Notes under the pieces: model-generated | Seen by the model: only the letters and a program-made list of their open reading frames with translations | What the model was told of the DNA's origin: nothing | The model's database searches: none | Assembly (NCBI GenBank): GCA_963755715.1 | Contig: CAVWLW010000032.1 | Location: forward strand, 96,001-160,000 | DNA length: 64,000 nucleotides | Direction of reading: 5' to 3' | DNA from: an uncultured delta proteobacterium | GTDB lineage: Bacteria; Desulfobacterota; Binatia; UBA9968 | Translations under genes and position numbers: made by a program | Shown: piece after piece, positions 29,791 through 40,530 of the stretch | Numbering within the stretch: position 1 is the stretch's first letter | How the letters are laid out: every line of letters begins with the position of its first letter

Positions 29791-31298
29791 AACTGAAAGA
29801 TCAATGACTTGATCGTTACCGGCACAGTGCCGGACGGCTCCAGGGTTTTTCCCAGATCGATGAAGTCGAAGTCACTGAGCGTGACGCCGTCCAGACAAAG
29901 CAGAGGGTTCTCGATCGCGAAATCATCTCGGAGAATCGTGCCGACCAATCCCGCCAAGTCGTGGTCGAAGACGAGATAGATCGGCCGGCCGTTTTTCAAA
30001 GTGCCCGGCAAGCCATCGATCAGGCCGCGGCAAAATGCCGCGATGCGGATCGCGGTCGGCGGACCGTCCCAGCGGAACACGAGAGCGACTTCTGCAACTC
30101 CCTCTACCAAATCGAAGGCGCGAAAATGTTTCTGGATCGCCTGAGCGATTGTTGCGCTGACGATCTCGCCGGACAAATCGACGTCCGGCCGCAGCACCTG
30201 CAGATTTTTTTGCGGCAGTAAACTTTCATCGGTGCGGTGAATCGTATTGCCGCTAACTTGCACCGTGTGTTGCGCCGCGCCTATGACCGTGGCGCGGATG
30301 CACTCGCGCGCGGGCGCCAGCGGCGAGCGCAGCGCTCCGCTGCTTATTTGACGCTGGAGGGATTGTCCCAATGGCGCGCCGAGATCGCCGAATGATTTCG
30401 ACTCCTTGCCATAAACATATTCGCCGACGCCGCCGGAAAAAATAACCGCATCGTAATGCTTCGCACCGCTCAGAGGTGCTGTTAGCCAGAGCTGAGCAAG
30501 CTCGGACGACGGTTGTTCGTCCTGCGCAAGGCTGAGAATTGCTTGCGCCATGTAATTCGTTAGACGCTCGACCTCCGCATTCGTGACCCGGCTGCCAACC
30601 TGCCACGCAAAGCCAACCTGGTGGGCCAATGCTTGGCCGCCCGGTTCTAACAAAGTGATCGTGTCTGCGTTGTCGGTAGCCAACAGTCGCCCGCCGATGT
30701 GAAACGCCGCGGTACTCAGCACGCGCCCGCATTCGGCGACGGCCAACTTCGTCGTGCCCCCGCCGATGTCGATGTTTAGCACTCGGCATTGCTTTTCAGC
30801 GGAATACGCGACCGCGCCCGAGCCATGCGCGGCCAGCAGCGCTTCGAAGTTGTGCCCGGCCGTGGCGCAGACGAAGGTGCCGCGCTGCGCGGCGAACAAG
30901 TCGGCGATGGCGCGTGCGTTGTCACGTCGGATCGCTTCGCCGGTGAGGATGATCGCGCCGGTGTCAATGTCGCGCGGGGTCAAGCCGGCTTCCTGGTACG
31001 CGGCGTCGACGAGACGACCCAGTGCTTGATCGTCGACGCGTTCACGACCTGCACTATACGGTGTCAAATGAACCGGCGACAAGTAGAGCGTGTCGCGTTC
31101 TGTGACGACAAAGCGGCTGGAGAGTTCCCGACCGAGTCGGCGCAGAACCAATTGCGAAAAAATAATCTGTGAGGTGGCAGTGCCGACGTCGATACCGACG
31201 CTCGTAAGCGTGATCGTGTCGAGCTTCCAAAGCGGATGTTCTTCCTCTTCGTCGAGCCCGTGCGCGTCGTGGTCGTGATCGTGGGGAAGATCGTGCAT
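29787..31298 (-). CDS. eutA: EutA-like ASKHA-fold ATPase (ethanolamine ammonia-lyase reactivase family) with His-rich N-terminus
   Basis: SVGIDVGTATSQ, ILTGEA, FVCATAGHNFE, NIDIGGGTTK, FSGGV, IRATVIGA, DFIDLG, VPVTIKSL. Confidence 0.85.
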   Translation of the reverse strand: MHDLPHDHDHDAHGLDEEEEHPLWKLDTITLTSVGIDVGTATSQIIFSQLVLRRLGRELSSRFVVTERDTLYLSPVHLTPYSAGRERVDDQALGRLVDAAYQEAGLTPRDIDTGAIILTGEAIRRDNARAIADLFAAQRGTFVCATAGHNFEALLAAHGSGAVAYSAEKQCRVLNIDIGGGTTKLAVAECGRVLSTAAFHIGGRLLATDNADTITLLEPGGQALAHQVGFAWQVGSRVTNAEVERLTNYMAQAILSLAQDEQPSSELAQLWLTAPLSGAKHYDAVIFSGGVGEYVYGKESKSFGDLGAPLGQSLQRQISSGALRSPLAPARECIRATVIGAAQHTVQVSGNTIHRTDESLLPQKNLQVLRPDVDLSGEIVSATIAQAIQKHFRAFDLVEGVAEVALVFRWDGPPTAIRIAAFCRGLIDGLPGTLKNGRPIYLVFDHDLAGLVGTILRDDFAIENPLLCLDGVTLSDFDFIDLGKTLEPSGTVPVTIKSLIFQL

Positions 31299-31313
31299 GG
31301 CAGATTCCAAGGA

Positions 31314-31337
31314 AGGGCGACCGCCGGTCGCCCCTAC
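31314..31337 (-). repeat. GTAG REP
   Basis: gtaggggcgaccggcggtcgccct on the minus strand; near-identical copy at 51842-51866. Confidence 0.75.
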
Positions 31338-31341
31338 CCGC

Positions 31342-32530
31342 TTATGCGACCTCGCCGTGCTCGTCGAGAAACAGCACTTTCGCGCTTTCGGCTCCGGCTT
31401 CGCCGGTGCACCACGGCACCATTTTTTTCATCTTGCAGGTGATGCCACGTTTTTTGAGCTCGGCTTCGAAGATCTGATGGATCTCCGGATCTTCATCCTC
31501 ATACTCGACTTGATAGCCGCCTTTTTTGCCGCTGACTTCGCCTTGGCGCAGCACAGTGGATTGGCTTGCCTGCCAGCGGTTGGCGGCGTGCTTGCGCGAG
31601 ATGCCCTGATTCATCACCAAGTAAGTGGCCGGTGTGGAACCGACGTTGAAGTGTTGATGCAACCACAGCCCCTCGCCTGCGCCAGAAAGATAAAGACTGC
31701 CCTCTTGCCAGTCGCAGCGGATGCGCGGCTCATTGCCGCGCTGCGTTAGGACGTAGCCTTCGCCCTCGGTGATATACAGATGCGCGCCTGGGCCGTGGCG
31801 ATGGCCTTTCTTGTAGTGGCCCGATTCGAAGCGCGACACATGCGACTCCATCATGCCGGCGCCCATCACCATGAAACGCGTTCGTCCCGCCGCCACCCCG
31901 GCTTTTCCATTCGTAGAGCGGCAGTTTCTTGATGTCCGGGATGAAATTAGTTTCCCAAACTCTTCCTTTGTAGAGCTTGGCCTCGGCAGTGAAATAATCT
32001 GCACCACCGGCGTAGCGATCCGTGAAGTCGTAGGGATTGTTGAAAATAAAATCTTCGCTGGCCCACTGGCGCAACAGTTGCGGCAGATCGGTGACGGAAA
32101 ACCAGCGCGCCGAGCGCGACAGGCTGGCGTTAAAGAACTGATGCAATGCGTTGGTCGGCAGCACGAAGTAACTGCCGGGCCCCCACTCAAAGGTTTGTTT
32201 CGCTCCTTGGTCGCGCCACACCGAGGTCGAGCCGTGTCCGCTCACGACATAAATCGCCTCGGTATATAGATGCCGCAGCGGCGCGGTGGAACCGCCCGGC
32301 GGGAGTTCAACGATATGCTCGTCGCCTTCGTCGTCACCGTCCAGATAACAAAGCGCGCCCTTGACGCCATCGCCCTTGCGTGGCCACGGCCCAACTTCCA
32401 CCGACTTCATGTCTTTGATGTAAACACCGCCGACGAGCGGCGCGCCTTCACACTTGCGCCAATCTTGATACCTGTCGATACGGACAACGGCCGGCTGTGT
32501 TTCCGGATCTAGATTGCTTGATGCGCTCAT
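31342..32530 (-). CDS. Bicupin protein, gentisate 1,2-dioxygenase-like fold (frameshift near 31875)
   Basis: ELPPGGSTAPLRHLYTEAIYVVSGHG...HQFFN and HYKKGHRHGPGAH...HQHFN cupin motifs in two frames. Confidence 0.8.
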
Positions 32531-32696
32531 GATAGATCCTCCAACCTCACGCTTAAATTATCCTGAAGTTATTCAGGAACCGAGCTGCATGTCAAATTCA
32601 GATCCGTCAACAGCAGTGGTGCTGTTAGATTAAGATCCGTCACTCCGTTCGAGGTGACCAGTCGTCTATCGTCTATGTTGTTGTCATTCCGAGCGA

Positions 32697-32829
32697 CAGA
32701 CTGTGTGAAAACTCGATCGGAACCCTTCGACTCAGCTCAGGGCGAGCGGATAAGTACTTGGATTCTAACGAAGCCATCTCGTTCGTGGTGAGCGCCGTCG
32801 AACCATGAACGTAGTTTTCACACAGTCTG
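32697..32829. mobile_element. 133-bp MITE with 17-bp TIRs and 4-bp TSD
   Basis: cagactgtgtgaaaact ... agttttcacacagtctg flanked by GCGA direct repeats (32693-32696, 32830-32833). Confidence 0.75.
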
Positions 32830-32873
32830 GCGAAAGGGAGGAATCTTTGTCGACATCACGATCCGAAAAAAGA

Positions 32874-33923
32874 TCACCGCTGGCTGATTTCTTTGGCGAG
32901 GCGTTCCCACTTGTCGGTGTCATGCTCAAATTGTTCGAGAGAGCGACCGAATCCAGGATGCCAGCGCTTGAACGGCATTTCATTCGACGGATGACCATAC
33001 TGGAATTTTTCCAGTATTTTGCGAGAGCTCGAGCCGAGAAGGAAATCGACGAAAAGAGCGGCTGCGTGCGGGTGCGGTGGTTGCGCGGCCAAGGCGACGC
33101 ATCCTGAATTCGTCGGCACCAACTCCATCGGCACCCAGGCGACCGCCGAGCCGCGTTCGGCCGAGACCATGGCGTGATTGCGGTAAATGTGAAACGACGC
33201 GCCGAGCTCGCCTGAAGCCATCAGGTCGACCAGCGCAGCACTGCTCACCGTATAAACCCGGATATCTTGAGCTTTGAGTTTTTTGACGAACTCTTCGCCT
33301 TTAATCTTGATCATCGCGCCGATCATGCGCGCCGAGCTTTCGTTGAGGGTGATGCTCATTTTCCCTTTGAGCTGCGGGTGAAGCAGCCCATCGAAGCCTT
33401 TCGGCACCGCGCTCGCCGGAATTTGTTCTTTGCTGTAGCCGAAACCCATATAAGACTCGCGAAAGATGGTCCAGAAGGTGAGCCCCTTGTCGGCTTTCTC
33501 TTTGGCTTCGCTTGGATAATTTACCAGGGCCGGCGAATCGTACGGGCGCGTGAGCGCGTTTGTCCGCGCCACCATCATGAAATCGTAAGTGGTTTCCAGG
33601 ACGTCGAAGGTCGGACGGCGCGCTTTGGCTTCTTCCGACATGCGCGGCATCAGCTCGCTGCCGCCGGCGCGAAAAACTTCGACGCGCACGCCGGGATATT
33701 TCGTTTCGAAGGCGCGCGCCAGGGCTTTGTACGAGTCACCTGCCAGAGATGTGTACCAGGTAGCGACGCCTTCTGTTTTTGCTCCCGCATGGAGTAATTG
33801 TTCGCGGTCCGCGCCCATGTAGGCGGCGATTTCCGCGACCGTCGCGGGCTTACGCGATTGCGCCGCCAGCAGCGTGGGGATAGTCAGCAATACTGATAAC
33901 AAGATCGCTTGCAGCCATCTCAT
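32874..33923 (-). CDS. Extracellular solute-binding protein (Fe3+ ABC type)
   Basis: Signal peptide; WYTSL, FETKYPGV, PHPHAAALFVDF. Confidence 0.85.
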   Translation of the reverse strand: MRWLQAILLSVLLTIPTLLAAQSRKPATVAEIAAYMGADREQLLHAGAKTEGVATWYTSLAGDSYKALARAFETKYPGVRVEVFRAGGSELMPRMSEEAKARRPTFDVLETTYDFMMVARTNALTRPYDSPALVNYPSEAKEKADKGLTFWTIFRESYMGFGYSKEQIPASAVPKGFDGLLHPQLKGKMSITLNESSARMIGAMIKIKGEEFVKKLKAQDIRVYTVSSAALVDLMASGELGASFHIYRNHAMVSAERGSAVAWVPMELVPTNSGCVALAAQPPHPHAAALFVDFLLGSSSRKILEKFQYGHPSNEMPFKRWHPGFGRSLEQFEHDTDKWERLAKEISQR

Positions 33924-33984
33924 CTTTACGGCTCTCCCGATAGAGAAAAGTTCATGGACGATCCGTCTCGCGCGGCGGCTTTGC

Positions 33985-35079
33985 TCATCCGCCTTTACGG
34001 CTGATTTCTTTTAGAAGTCTTTCCCAGCCTTCCAGTTGTTTCTCGTATTTGTCCGTGGCAATCCCGTGGTCCGGGCGCCAGCGTTTAAAGCCCAAGTTTT
34101 TGGCGGCGCTGCCGTATTCGTATTTTTCCAGCACTGCTTGGCCTTCCGGTCCGAGAAGATAATCGGCCAAGAGCAGGGCGGCGTGCGGATGCGGCGGCTG
34201 CACGGCGATGGCCGCGCCGCCGACATTGGTCGGCACGATGTCCATCGGCACCCAATCCACCGGCGCGCCTTTAGCGATGGCGTTGAGCGTGTGATTGCGA
34301 AAGATGGCGGGCGAGGCGAGAACTTCACCCGAGGCGATCAGATCGAGCAGAGCCGGCGGAATGATCGTGTGCAACGCGATCTCTTGCGCCTTGAGCTTTT
34401 TGACCAGCTCCACGCCTCTGGTGCTGATCATCGCGCCGATGACTTTGTAAGCCGGATCGCTGACCGACACGCCCATGCGGGCTTTCAGCGCCGGATGGAG
34501 CAGCCCTTCATAATTTTTTGGCACGGCGCTTTTAGGAAGCAGTTTGGTATTATAAGCGAAGCCAATGTAGGACTCGCGCGCGATCGCCCAGAAATACAAA
34601 CCTCTTTCGCCTTTTTCTTTAGCGTCTTCCGGATAGGACGCAAAATGCGGCGAGAAATAGGGACGCAAAAGAAAAGCGTCTCGCATAAACATCAGATTGC
34701 CTTCGGTGGTTTCCACCGCGTCGGCGATATATTTTTTGGCTTTCGATTCTTCGTACATACGCGCGGTCATGTCGGAGCCCGAAACTCGATAGGCTTCGAC
34801 TTTCACGCCGGGGTATTTAGTTTCGAAGGCTTTGACCATGCCTTTGTAGGATTCGCCGGCGAGCGATGTGTACCAAGTGAGCTTGCCCTCGCTCTTCGCT
34901 CCTGAGTAGAGCAACTGTTCTCGATCAGCGCCGCTATAGGTGGCGATCTCCGTAATCGTCATCGGTTTGCGGCCTTGTACCCAGGCCTCCGAGGGCAACA
35001 GGAACAGCAAGCAAAGCACGAGATCTAGAATCAGCATTTTTGCTTTGCTGCCGTTTTGTTTAGTAAGATGACCTTTCAT
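33985..35079 (-). CDS. Extracellular solute-binding protein (paralog of 32874)
   Basis: Same motifs (GADREQLL, WYTSLAG, PPHPHAALL). Confidence 0.85.
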   Translation of the reverse strand: MKGHLTKQNGSKAKMLILDLVLCLLFLLPSEAWVQGRKPMTITEIATYSGADREQLLYSGAKSEGKLTWYTSLAGESYKGMVKAFETKYPGVKVEAYRVSGSDMTARMYEESKAKKYIADAVETTEGNLMFMRDAFLLRPYFSPHFASYPEDAKEKGERGLYFWAIARESYIGFAYNTKLLPKSAVPKNYEGLLHPALKARMGVSVSDPAYKVIGAMISTRGVELVKKLKAQEIALHTIIPPALLDLIASGEVLASPAIFRNHTLNAIAKGAPVDWVPMDIVPTNVGGAAIAVQPPHPHAALLLADYLLGPEGQAVLEKYEYGSAAKNLGFKRWRPDHGIATDKYEKQLEGWERLLKEISRKGG

Positions 35080-35175
35080 TTCTGGGCAATCTCCTTGGCT
35101 AGTTTCTCCCACTTGATACCGTCTTTTTCAAATTGCTTCAGCATTCTTACCGAAGCCAGGATGGCGGCGCTTGAA
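35076..35175 (-). pseudogene. 3' remnant of a third SBP paralog
   Basis: FKRRHPGFGK/MLKQFEKDGIKWEKLAKEIAQK* resembles FKRWHPGFGRSLEQFEHDTDKWERLAKEISQR* of 32874; its stop overlaps the next ATG (ATGA). Confidence 0.7.
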
Positions 35176-35559
35176 TCATATTCATTCGATGATCCGATGG
35201 AGTCCAATTGATAACCGGTACGGAACTATCGCCCGATACCACGGCCAAACAAATACTGTCAACGAGCAGTGCACAAAGCGTTACCCAGCCTTCTCTATAA
35301 CCAATTCTTCACCGTTAATTCTCCGATTCGTCATCCATTGTTAAACTCGGCCGAGTAGTTCCATGCTGTCGCGCATTCTTCCCAAGGCTTAATCTTTTTC
35401 TCAAGCGCGATTGGAGCGCCCTTTTGTGGGGTTACGAGCAACACCCATTTGGGGTTTGACGGAGCGTCTTCGTTGTTGGTATTGCGGCTCTGGATAGTGG
35501 CAGTGGGTGCAAGAGGGGAAAACTGGCTTCCAAACATAGGATTACCAAGGAGGTGCTCT

Positions 35560-36159
35560 ATGAAGAAATTACGAATGTTAATTGTTGTTGTGGCTGGCCT
35601 TTTGGCCACAGCTACCTTGGCCCGCGGTGAGACCTTGAACGCCACGCTGACGGGCTATGAGGAGTCGCCGTCGGTATCCACAGTCGCCAACGGGGATTTC
35701 AGCGCGATCATTGAAAACAATGGTGCCGCTGACCACTTCCACTATACCCTGACGTACAGTGGGCTGCAGGGGACGGTGTCACAGAGCCACATCCACATTG
35801 CCCAACCCGGCGTGAACGGCAGCATCGTTATCTGGCTATGCCAGACGGGCACGAATAAGGATCCTACCGGCCTTTCCCCTCAGTGCCCTCAAGAGGGGAC
35901 CGTGACTGGGAGGATCACGGCCGCAAACGTCATAGCCGGGTCCACGACAACCCAGCAACTCAATGCTGGTGACTTTGCCGGGGCCATAGCCGCCATCCGG
36001 GCCGGCTTTGCTTACGCGAACGTACACACGCTTCCCCTCTCGCCGGGCGGTGAGATCCGCGGGCAGATCGACGCACATCGGCAAATAGTGACTTCGATAG
36101 CGACGACGGAAGGTCGACAACTGAGGCAGACAACATCGGAAGATGATCGGTGCCGCTGA
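35560..36159 (+). CDS. Secreted CHRD-domain protein
   Basis: RBS aggagg; signal peptide; LTGYEESP, SHIH...GVNG, YANVHT...PGGEIRGQI. Confidence 0.9.
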   Translation: MKKLRMLIVVVAGLLATATLARGETLNATLTGYEESPSVSTVANGDFSAIIENNGAADHFHYTLTYSGLQGTVSQSHIHIAQPGVNGSIVIWLCQTGTNKDPTGLSPQCPQEGTVTGRITAANVIAGSTTTQQLNAGDFAGAIAAIRAGFAYANVHTLPLSPGGEIRGQIDAHRQIVTSIATTEGRQLRQTTSEDDRCR

Positions 36160-36246
36160 ATAACAAGCGTGTGCAGGCATAACTCAACGGCACGCATAAA
36201 TGGCTAGTGCGCAGAGCCTGCGAAGCTGCGCCCATGTCCTCCCGCG

Positions 36247-36490
36247 TTATCTATTCGCTTGTTCGATGTACTCACGCAAAAACGAGATTACTTCCGGGCG
36301 GTGTCTGAGAGGCGGGCTGGAATAGGCGTTCTCCCGCTTCACCGACTTCAAAGCGCGGCTGAAAACGCATGGCGGTGGTCGCGTCCTGGAGGAAGTCCTG
36401 ATCCCGTGACAAGGCGTCGAAAGCCTTTCGCAATATGCTAATCGACTCCGCCGGCGCCTTCGGCGGCAACAGCGCCATTCGTGTCATGCT
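36247..36490 (-). pseudogene. Displaced 3' end of a TctC/Bug gene (copy A)
   Basis: MTRMALLPPKAPAESISILRKAFDALSRDQDFLQ...EVISFLREYIEQANR* matches the C-terminus of 40531-41625. Confidence 0.85.
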
Positions 36491-36788
36491 GTCAGCAAAA
36501 ACTAGTCTTGCGAGCGATAGCTTCCAGGTATCGGACCGGTGTAGCGGGTTTGCATCGATTTTAACGCCCGGCGCGGCCATTGCCATCATTTCGCCACTTT
36601 GATAAACGCTTCTGCTCTAATTGACGCTGTCAGGCACGGTACCGGAGTTTGCCGTTTTACGGTCATTTCGCCTGCGCGCGAATATCCGCGAAAGGAGGGG
36701 GAAAATATGTAATGCAAGACGAATGGCGATTTGACACTAGCCGCTTCATTCACAGCCGAAACATGCCACGTAACTCGGAGGACAAACT

Positions 36789-38164
36789 ATGAGGTCACAA
36801 TCGATTTCTATAAAAGTTTTCCTGCTGTTTACGGTTATCTTATTTCCACTTGCGCCTAAATTTGCCCCAGGCGGCTTGCAAAGCGTCTTGGCTTGGGGAG
36901 ACGATGACAATGATAGGCGATCGTTCCCGCAGAAGGCCACGTTCACGACTCTGATCACCACTCCACGCGCCCTTGAGGGGTTGACCGGAGACAATCATGG
37001 TAATCTGTACACCGGCGGTTCGGTCACCGTCGCCACTACCCCCATCACCCCCTGCCCTATTTGGAAAATCAATATCAACAATCCCGCTCTGGTGGAGGTT
37101 GGGAAAATTACGCCCAATGCATCTCCCTTCACTTGCGGCTTCGCTGGCATTGCTTTGAATGACATCGGCGATGTGTTTGTCGCGGACGGAGCCGGGGCAA
37201 GAATATTCAGCTTTACACCGAATAGCGGCAGTCCGCCGACCGTGAGCGTGCCATATGCCATCGGTACTCCGGGCGCCAACGGTCTTGCCTTTGACGAGAA
37301 GGGAAACCTGTGGGCCAGCGATGGGGTTACCGGTCAGGGAAGGGTTTGGAAAATCACCGGGCCCGGAGCCAACTGCACTGCCCCGCCCGCTGTTATAAAC
37401 TGCGAAGAGGTTTTTCGTATCCAGCCGATGTCGAATGAAGTGAATCTCGTGGCCGGCGTGGGCGGAGTTGGGCGTGACGTCCGCGACTTGCCGCCTGGTG
37501 TTATAATAGTGACACCAACAACTCGCAATGCGGCACTAACACCGTCTGTCCAGCACCCTTCACTACTCCCTGTGCTCTCGGCTCCCAACCCCTGGTTGCG
37601 AACGGTTTAGCCTTCAATAAGAAGGGCGATCTTTTCAATATCGACACCGCTCGGGGAGCGCTTTGGAAGATTGAATTCGATCGGCATGGAAACCTCAAGA
37701 GTCCGACCGGCTGCGATACCACATTCACGGCAAACACGCTGTGTCTCAGCAATATCTTTGTCGCTCATCCGATTCTCGAGGGCGGCGACGGCATAGCCCT
37801 CGATCGCGAGGAAAATATCTGGGTCGATGCCAATGAGCGGAATGCGGTGGCGGTGGTTACCAGAGAGGGGAAAGTCTTTGAAATTTTCCGCAACCCGGTC
37901 AACTTACCGAAGCCTGTCGGATTTGGAGTCGGATTGAGGAACGCAGGTGACCAAAATGGTGTGGGAAACGATCACATTCTTGAATTCCCAACGAGCCCAT
38001 TTCTTACCGGAAAGGTATTTTGCACATCTATGTCTGACGGCAACCGGCGCGACAACTCCCCAAATACGGGCGGAGAGATTGTGCCGGGCTCAGCGATTCT
38101 AGGTAAGATCTCCTGCATGGATCAGGAATTAAAAATTCCCGGTCTGCCGCTACCTGTTCGGTAG
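36789..38164 (+). CDS. Secreted SMP-30/gluconolactonase-like beta-propeller protein (frameshift near 37535)
   Basis: Repeated EGL/ANGLAFD/ANGLAFN/DGIALD blades across two frames; RBS ggagg. Confidence 0.75.
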
Positions 38165-38181
38165 AGTCGTCAGCCGCGATG

Positions 38182-38209
38182 GAGTCTCCTGGGACCGACC
38201 AGGAGACTC
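38182..38209 (+). terminator. Stem-loop after the SMP-30-like gene
   Basis: gagtctcctgg-gaccga-ccaggagactc; weak U-tract. Confidence 0.5.
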
Positions 38210-38322
38210 ACTGCGCTTTGCTGAAATTCACCGCTTCGACCGACTTTTAGTAATGCCTTCATTCAATCACTGCGGCTCTGATTCTCAGTGTTCTGTTCGT
38301 AGAGAAATATTTCGACCTCTTA

Positions 38323-38398
38323 GTCATACCCGAGGGTTTCAGTCGGGCGTCCAGTCAGAGTTTCGTCTGGATTCCCGCTTCAAGCATGCGGGAATGAC
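38323..38398. repeat. REP-like inverted pair (gtcat...ccag / ctggattcccgc...gggaatgac)
   Basis: Two imperfect hairpins in inverted orientation. Confidence 0.65.
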
Positions 38399-38551
38399 GG
38401 AATAACAGAAAAATCGTCACATGTGGATCTGTTCTGCGTGAACTTACACCCCGGATTTCGGGCTGCGGAAGTTTAGCGTTTCTTTGATAGCCATTTCGGC
38501 CCGGCGATCGGTCCGCGCTGTCTAATATTACCGATAGAGAGTGTGAGCCGC

Positions 38552-38645
38552 CTACTTATTCGCGTCTTCGATGTACTTGCGAAGAAAAGCTATGACCTCG
38601 GGCGATGTCTGCGAGGCGCGCTGGAACAAGCGCTCGCCGGCTTCG
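38552..38645 (-). pseudogene. Displaced 3' end of a TctC/Bug gene (copy B)
   Basis: EAGERLFQRASQTSPEVIAFLRKYIEDANK*; 38595-38645 is identical (51 bp) to 40574-40624. Confidence 0.9.
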
Positions 38646-38831
38646 GGCATGGCACCAGTTTTCGGTGGCGTAACAGCAAATTTCCGATCACGCTTATGAC
38701 TCTCCTCGCATCAATTCCATTTCGTTGGTATTGATTAGCGATCCAAAGCTAGGCGGGTCCGGCTGGTAAAGCACTGTAACCGTGCCCTGAAGAGCCCATA
38801 GTGAACAACCGCAGCTAATCGCCGCTGGTAG

Positions 38832-40466
38832 ATGAGTCCTGAAGAAAAGTCACGAAGAAGAAAGCAAGCGCGCAAGTCTGGTAACCCGCCGGATCAGCCG
38901 ACGGCGACACTTTCAAAGGCGCTGACGGTCACACTGGCGATCGCAATTCTGGCGCTAGCGCTCGCGGTCCGCCTGTACAGCATTAATAGCGCCCCTCTTT
39001 GGCACGATGAAGCCTATACGCTTCTCGCGGCCGAGTTGCCTCCCGCGCAAATCGTCGATCTTCTGAAGCACGATTCGGGGCCTCCTCTGTATTATTTTTT
39101 GCTGCACTATTGGGTCTCTTTGTTTGAAGAGAGCGAGCTTGCCGTTCGCTCGCTATCGACTCTCTTCAGCATACTGTTGATTGCAGGAATATTTTGGGCG
39201 GGTCAACGTTTGTACTCGACTGAGGCAGGTCTTCTTGCCGCATTGATCGCGGCGACTTCCCCGATACAGATTCATTATTCCCAGCAGGTGCGGATGTATA
39301 CCCTTTTGCCGCTTGTTTCGCTGGCTTCGATCTATTTCCTGGTCCGATATCTTCAGACTTCCCAGCGAAGATATATCGCCCTGTGCGCCGTGGCGACAAT
39401 ATTATGTTTGTACACCCATTCGTTTACTTTTTTCCTCCTTCCTGTTCACCTTACGCTGATTCTTTTTGAAGGCGGCCGGCAAAAAAGATGGAAGGACCTG
39501 GCGGTCATGTATGCGGTGGTGGGCTTCAGTTATCTGCCGTGGCTGCCGGTTTTCCTTTTGCAATTGAAAAACAAGGATCCGATCGCCTGGTTCAGTCTTT
39601 TCTGGCAAGACTGGGGCCCGTTGGAAGCGGTTGCCTGGACGTTGAGTTCCTTCTCGCCCGGCGGGGCGCAGCCGCCGATTGTCGACGGGTTCAATGTGCC
39701 GGCGTTTGGCCGGGTCGGCCCGGCGTGCTTTTTTGGTGTCTTAGTTGTTGCCGGCGTTGCCCATCTGATCAAGACTCGATGGAGCAGAGATCGGTTGGGC
39801 GCGCTCTGTTTCTCGGCCTACATGATCGTCCCGCTCGCTTGTTCGGTGATTTCTTCGGTTTTGATCAGCCCGAACTATCTTGCGGGTCGCGTCGACCAAA
39901 TGGTGTTTCCGGCATTCTGTGTGATCGCGGCTCTGGGAATCTGTGCTGTTCCCTCTTGGAATTTGAGATGGCCAATGGTCGGCACCATGCTAATTTTGTC
40001 AGCTCTGACGTTGCAACAATTCTACGGCCGCGATTTTGCCTGGGGCGCGCGGGAGGTCAGCGACTTCATCAGTGCGCGCATTCAATCCGGGGATCCCATT
40101 GTTTGCACCGGTTTGACCCGCACGTCGCTGACCTATTACATGCGCCGCCACGGCGGGCGAGCGAAAATGTTTTCTTATCCCCGCGATACCGCCCAGCACC
40201 TCGGCTACCAAAACAACATCAATCTCTTGGAAAATCCCGACTATCTCGCCGCCGAGGCGCAGGGAATTATTAATGATATGCGATCCGCCAGTGCTCCAGG
40301 CGGTCGTTTCTTCGTCGTGTTGGGATATGCCTTGATGGTCAATAAACCGTTGTGGGAAAAGCTATCTGCCACCGCCGACTTGGAACTGCTCGAGCCTCCG
40401 TCGTACGTGGGTCCTCAGAACGGCAACAATGGCGTGGTGGTGTTGCGATATCAATTCAAGAAATAG
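38832..40466 (+). CDS. GT39/PMT_2-like membrane glycosyltransferase
   Basis: LWHDEAYT, PPLYY, RSLS, YSQQVRMY; polytopic. Confidence 0.85.
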   Translation: MSPEEKSRRRKQARKSGNPPDQPTATLSKALTVTLAIAILALALAVRLYSINSAPLWHDEAYTLLAAELPPAQIVDLLKHDSGPPLYYFLLHYWVSLFEESELAVRSLSTLFSILLIAGIFWAGQRLYSTEAGLLAALIAATSPIQIHYSQQVRMYTLLPLVSLASIYFLVRYLQTSQRRYIALCAVATILCLYTHSFTFFLLPVHLTLILFEGGRQKRWKDLAVMYAVVGFSYLPWLPVFLLQLKNKDPIAWFSLFWQDWGPLEAVAWTLSSFSPGGAQPPIVDGFNVPAFGRVGPACFFGVLVVAGVAHLIKTRWSRDRLGALCFSAYMIVPLACSVISSVLISPNYLAGRVDQMVFPAFCVIAALGICAVPSWNLRWPMVGTMLILSALTLQQFYGRDFAWGAREVSDFISARIQSGDPIVCTGLTRTSLTYYMRRHGGRAKMFSYPRDTAQHLGYQNNINLLENPDYLAAEAQGIINDMRSASAPGGRFFVVLGYALMVNKPLWEKLSATADLELLEPPSYVGPQNGNNGVVVLRYQFKK

Positions 40467-40530
40467 AATCTTCCATTGCGATTCCGATGATCGTTCTTGA
40501 ATAACGCCAATCAGAAATTCGATCGACGAT

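Noticed and set aside
38650-38664. tggcaccagttttcg as a sigma-54 promoter for the GT39 gene
   Set aside because: Lacks the required GC at -12.
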